From the NCBI GenBank assembly GCA_965227515.1, contig CBDDFZ010000001.1, positions 896,001 through 960,000 of the forward strand: a stretch of DNA of 64,000 nt. The letters run 5' to 3'. Position 1 is the first letter of the stretch. Each line of letters starts with the position of its first letter. This document shows, piece by piece, positions 61,702-64,000 of the stretch. The notes below the pieces were generated by a model. It made no database searches. It was not told the DNA's origin and saw only the letters and a list, made by a program, of their open reading frames with translations. This DNA comes from Alphaproteobacteria bacterium (GTDB lineage: Bacteria > Pseudomonadota > Alphaproteobacteria > CALKHQ01). The position numbers and the translations under genes were made by a program.

Positions 61702-64000
61702 GTGTCCTGATCCCCGGTTTTCGTGCCCTGTGCCTCGTTGGCCTGCGCGTTGGTGGAAGGGGCTTCCTTGGTGGGAGCAGTGCCCCCGGCACCGGACTCA
61801 CCGGCGGAATTGCCGTCAGCCGCTTGCGGGCCTGTCGAGGCCTGCGGACCTGTCGAGGCCTGCGGACCTGGCGAAGTCTGCGGACCTGGCGAAGTCTGCG
61901 GACCTGACGGGGTCTGCGGACCCGGCCCTGGCTGCGGGTTCTGGGCACCCTGCGGCCCCTGTCCTTGTTGCTGCGGACCCGCCACCTGTTGCTGCGGCGC
62001 CATCCGCTCGCGGGCGTAGGCGGTGACGTCGCGCGGAGTGCCCACCTTCTCTACCTGGCCGTCGACCAGCAGCACGGCGGTGTCGGCGATGTAGAGCGGC
62101 GCCATGCGGTGGGTGATCATGATGATGGTGCGGTTCTGCGCGTGACGGCGCAGGCTGCGCAGCAGCATCTCCTCGCTCGCCGGGTCCAGCGCGCTGGTCG
62201 CTTCGTCCAGGATCAGGATGCGCGGGTTGCGGATCAGCGCGCGGGCGACACAGATCAGTTGGCGCTGGCCGGCCGACAGGCCCACGCCGCGCTCGCCGAT
62301 CTGGCTGTCATAGCCCTTGGGCAGGCGCTGGATGAAGTCGTGGGCGCCGACGAACTTGGCCGCCGCTACCGCGCGCTCCGGCACGTCCAGCGGCTGGCCC
62401 ATCATGATGTTCTCGCGCACCGAACCGCTGAAGAGCTGGGATTCCTGCGGCACCACGCCAAGCTGCGACCGCAGGGCCGCGCGCGACACGTGGGCGATGT
62501 CGGTGCCGTCGACCAGCACCCGGCCCTGGGTCGGCTGGTAGAGGCCCTGCAGCAGCTTGACCAGCGTGCTCTTGCCCGAGCCGGAGGGGCCGATGATGGC
62601 GGTGACCTTGCCGCTGTCGAACTTGATAGAGACGTCCTTCAGGATCGGCGGCTGGTCCTGCTCGAAGGTGTAGTAGACGTTCTCCACCGCGATATCGCCG
62701 CGCAGCGGCGGCTGCGGCGCCACGTCGCCCGGGTTCTCCTCCGTCGGGCTGTCCATCACCTCGCTCAGCCGCTCGAAGGCCGCGCGCACCTCCTGCACCT
62801 GGTACCACGCGCTGACGACCTGGCGCAGCGGCGCCAGCGCGCGGGTGGTCAGGATGGAGGCGGCGATCAGCGCGCCGATGGTCAGGTCTCCGTCGATCAC
62901 CAACGTGGCGCCGAGCACGATGACCAGCAGGCCGAACAACTGTTGCAGGCTGGTGGTCAGGCCGGTCAGCCAGTTGGAGAGGTTGTGCGACTTGAAGCCG
63001 TGCCATGCCGCAGTGGCCAGCCTGCCTTCCCAGCGGCGCTCGACCTCGGATTCCAGGCCCAGCGACTTGATGGTGACCGCGTTGTTGATGGTCTCGTTCA
63101 GCGCCGAGGTCTTGGCCGACAAAGCGGTGAAGCTTTCCGCGATCAGCTTCTTCTGGCGGCGGTGGAACAACAGCGACACCAGCACGAACAGCGGGATCGC
63201 GCCCATTGCGATGAAGCCGAACAGCGGGCTGATGAACATCAACGCGGCGATGAACAGCGCCACGAACGCCAGATCGACGATGGTCATCGGCATCTGGCCG
63301 GTGAAGAACGCGCGGATGGTGTCGAGCTGGCGCAAGCGCTCCGATATCTGGCCGCTGGGCGCGGATTCGAAATAGCGGAACGGCTGGTGCAGCAGCCGGT
63401 GCACCACCTCGCCGCCGATCAGCGCGTCGATCCTGGCCCCGGTGTGGCTGGAAATGTAGCCGCGCGCCACCCGCAGCACGAACTCGAAGCCGTAGACCGC
63501 CAGCATGCCGATGGCGAGCACGGTCAGCGTGTCCAGCGCGCGCTGACCGATCACCTTGTTGTAGACGGTCATCATGAACAGGGGCGCGATCAGCGCGAAG
63601 ATGTTGATGACCAGCGATGCCAGCAGCAACTCGCCCATCACGCCGCGCACCCGCCGGCCGATCATGCCGCGCCAGCCGGCGGTCTGCGCCGTGCGCCCGG
63701 CCTTGTCGCCGACCCCGGTGTCCGGCTTGACCAGGATCGCTTCGCTGCATGCGTCGGCGATCTGCGCCGGTGTCACGGCGCCGCGGTCGCCGCTCACCGG
63801 GTCGACGACGATGATGTCGTCGCCCTCGCGGCCCACCGCCAGACGCACCAGCCGGCCTTGTTTCGGGATCAGCACGTAGGGCGGCGGCATGCTGGCCACG
63901 GTGCCCGCGGACACCGGCTCGCGCGCGGACTTGTAGCCCAGGCGCTGCGCCACACGGATGAACGACGAGATGCTCATGCCCCGGCGTGGCACCGGGGCTG
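61698..64000 (-). CDS. Type I secretion ABC transporter (HlyB-like with C39-like N-terminus), probably 5'-truncated by the window edge
   Basis: 'PLFMMTVYNKV', 'GPSGSGKST', 'LSAGQRQ', 'ILDEATSALD'. Confidence 0.9.
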   Translation of the reverse strand, partial: APVPRRGMSISSFIRVAQRLGYKSAREPVSAGTVASMPPPYVLIPKQGRLVRLAVGREGDDIIVVDPVSGDRGAVTPAQIADACSEAILVKPDTGVGDKAGRTAQTAGWRGMIGRRVRGVMGELLLASLVINIFALIAPLFMMTVYNKVIGQRALDTLTVLAIGMLAVYGFEFVLRVARGYISSHTGARIDALIGGEVVHRLLHQPFRYFESAPSGQISERLRQLDTIRAFFTGQMPMTIVDLAFVALFIAALMFISPLFGFIAMGAIPLFVLVSLLFHRRQKKLIAESFTALSAKTSALNETINNAVTIKSLGLESEVERRWEGRLATAAWHGFKSHNLSNWLTGLTTSLQQLFGLLVIVLGATLVIDGDLTIGALIAASILTTRALAPLRQVVSAWYQVQEVRAAFERLSEVMDSPTEENPGDVAPQPPLRGDIAVENVYYTFEQDQPPILKDVSIKFDSGKVTAIIGPSGSGKSTLVKLLQGLYQPTQGRVLVDGTDIAHVSRAALRSQLGVVPQESQLFSGSVRENIMMGQPLDVPERAVAAAKFVGAHDFIQRLPKGYDSQIGERGVGLSAGQRQLICVARALIRNPRILILDEATSALDPASEEMLLRSLRRHAQNRTIIMITHRMAPLYIADTAVLLVDGQVEKVGTPRDVTAYARERMAPQQQVAGPQQQGQGPQGAQNPQPGPGPQTPSGPQTSPGPQTSPGPQASTGPQASTGPQAADGNSAGESGAGGTAPTKEAPSTNAQANEAQGTKTGDQDT
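61825..61932. repeat. 18-bp coding tandem repeat, 6 copies
   Basis: tgcggacct(g)-based units encoding GPQTSP / GPQAST in the ABC C-terminal tail. Confidence 0.85.

Overview
High-GC, probably alphaproteobacterial chromosomal window. It holds a surface-polysaccharide locus (MarR-like regulator, RfaH/NusG paralogue, epimerase, nucleotide-sugar dehydrogenase, AsnB-type amidotransferase, methyltransferase) and two EamA transporters. Further on are a TPR protein with an eroded CHAT domain, sugar oxidoreductases, an adenylate/guanylate cyclase, an imelysin/di-haem iron-uptake operon, secreted proteases, an RTX protein and a kinase plus variant-enolase pair. The right half has gloB/GST, a 1481-aa caspase-domain protein, a glycosyltransferase/deacetylase/ABC operon and a type I secretion ABC/HlyD pair. 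At least six families of palindromic REP/MITE-like repeats fill the intergenic spaces. The strongest signal is a complete IS110-family (IS1111-type) element at about 30328-31756, inserted at a duplicated CT core inside a GTAG REP. Its downstream non-coding end carries four short segments matching its own target and donor sites in bridge-RNA order (LTG, RTG, LDG, RDG). Also notable are two lower-GC DUF1353-like paralogues 43 kb apart and an unannotated 48-aa lipoprotein. No rRNA, tRNA or CRISPR array was seen. All product calls come from motif recognition by eye; no database search was run.
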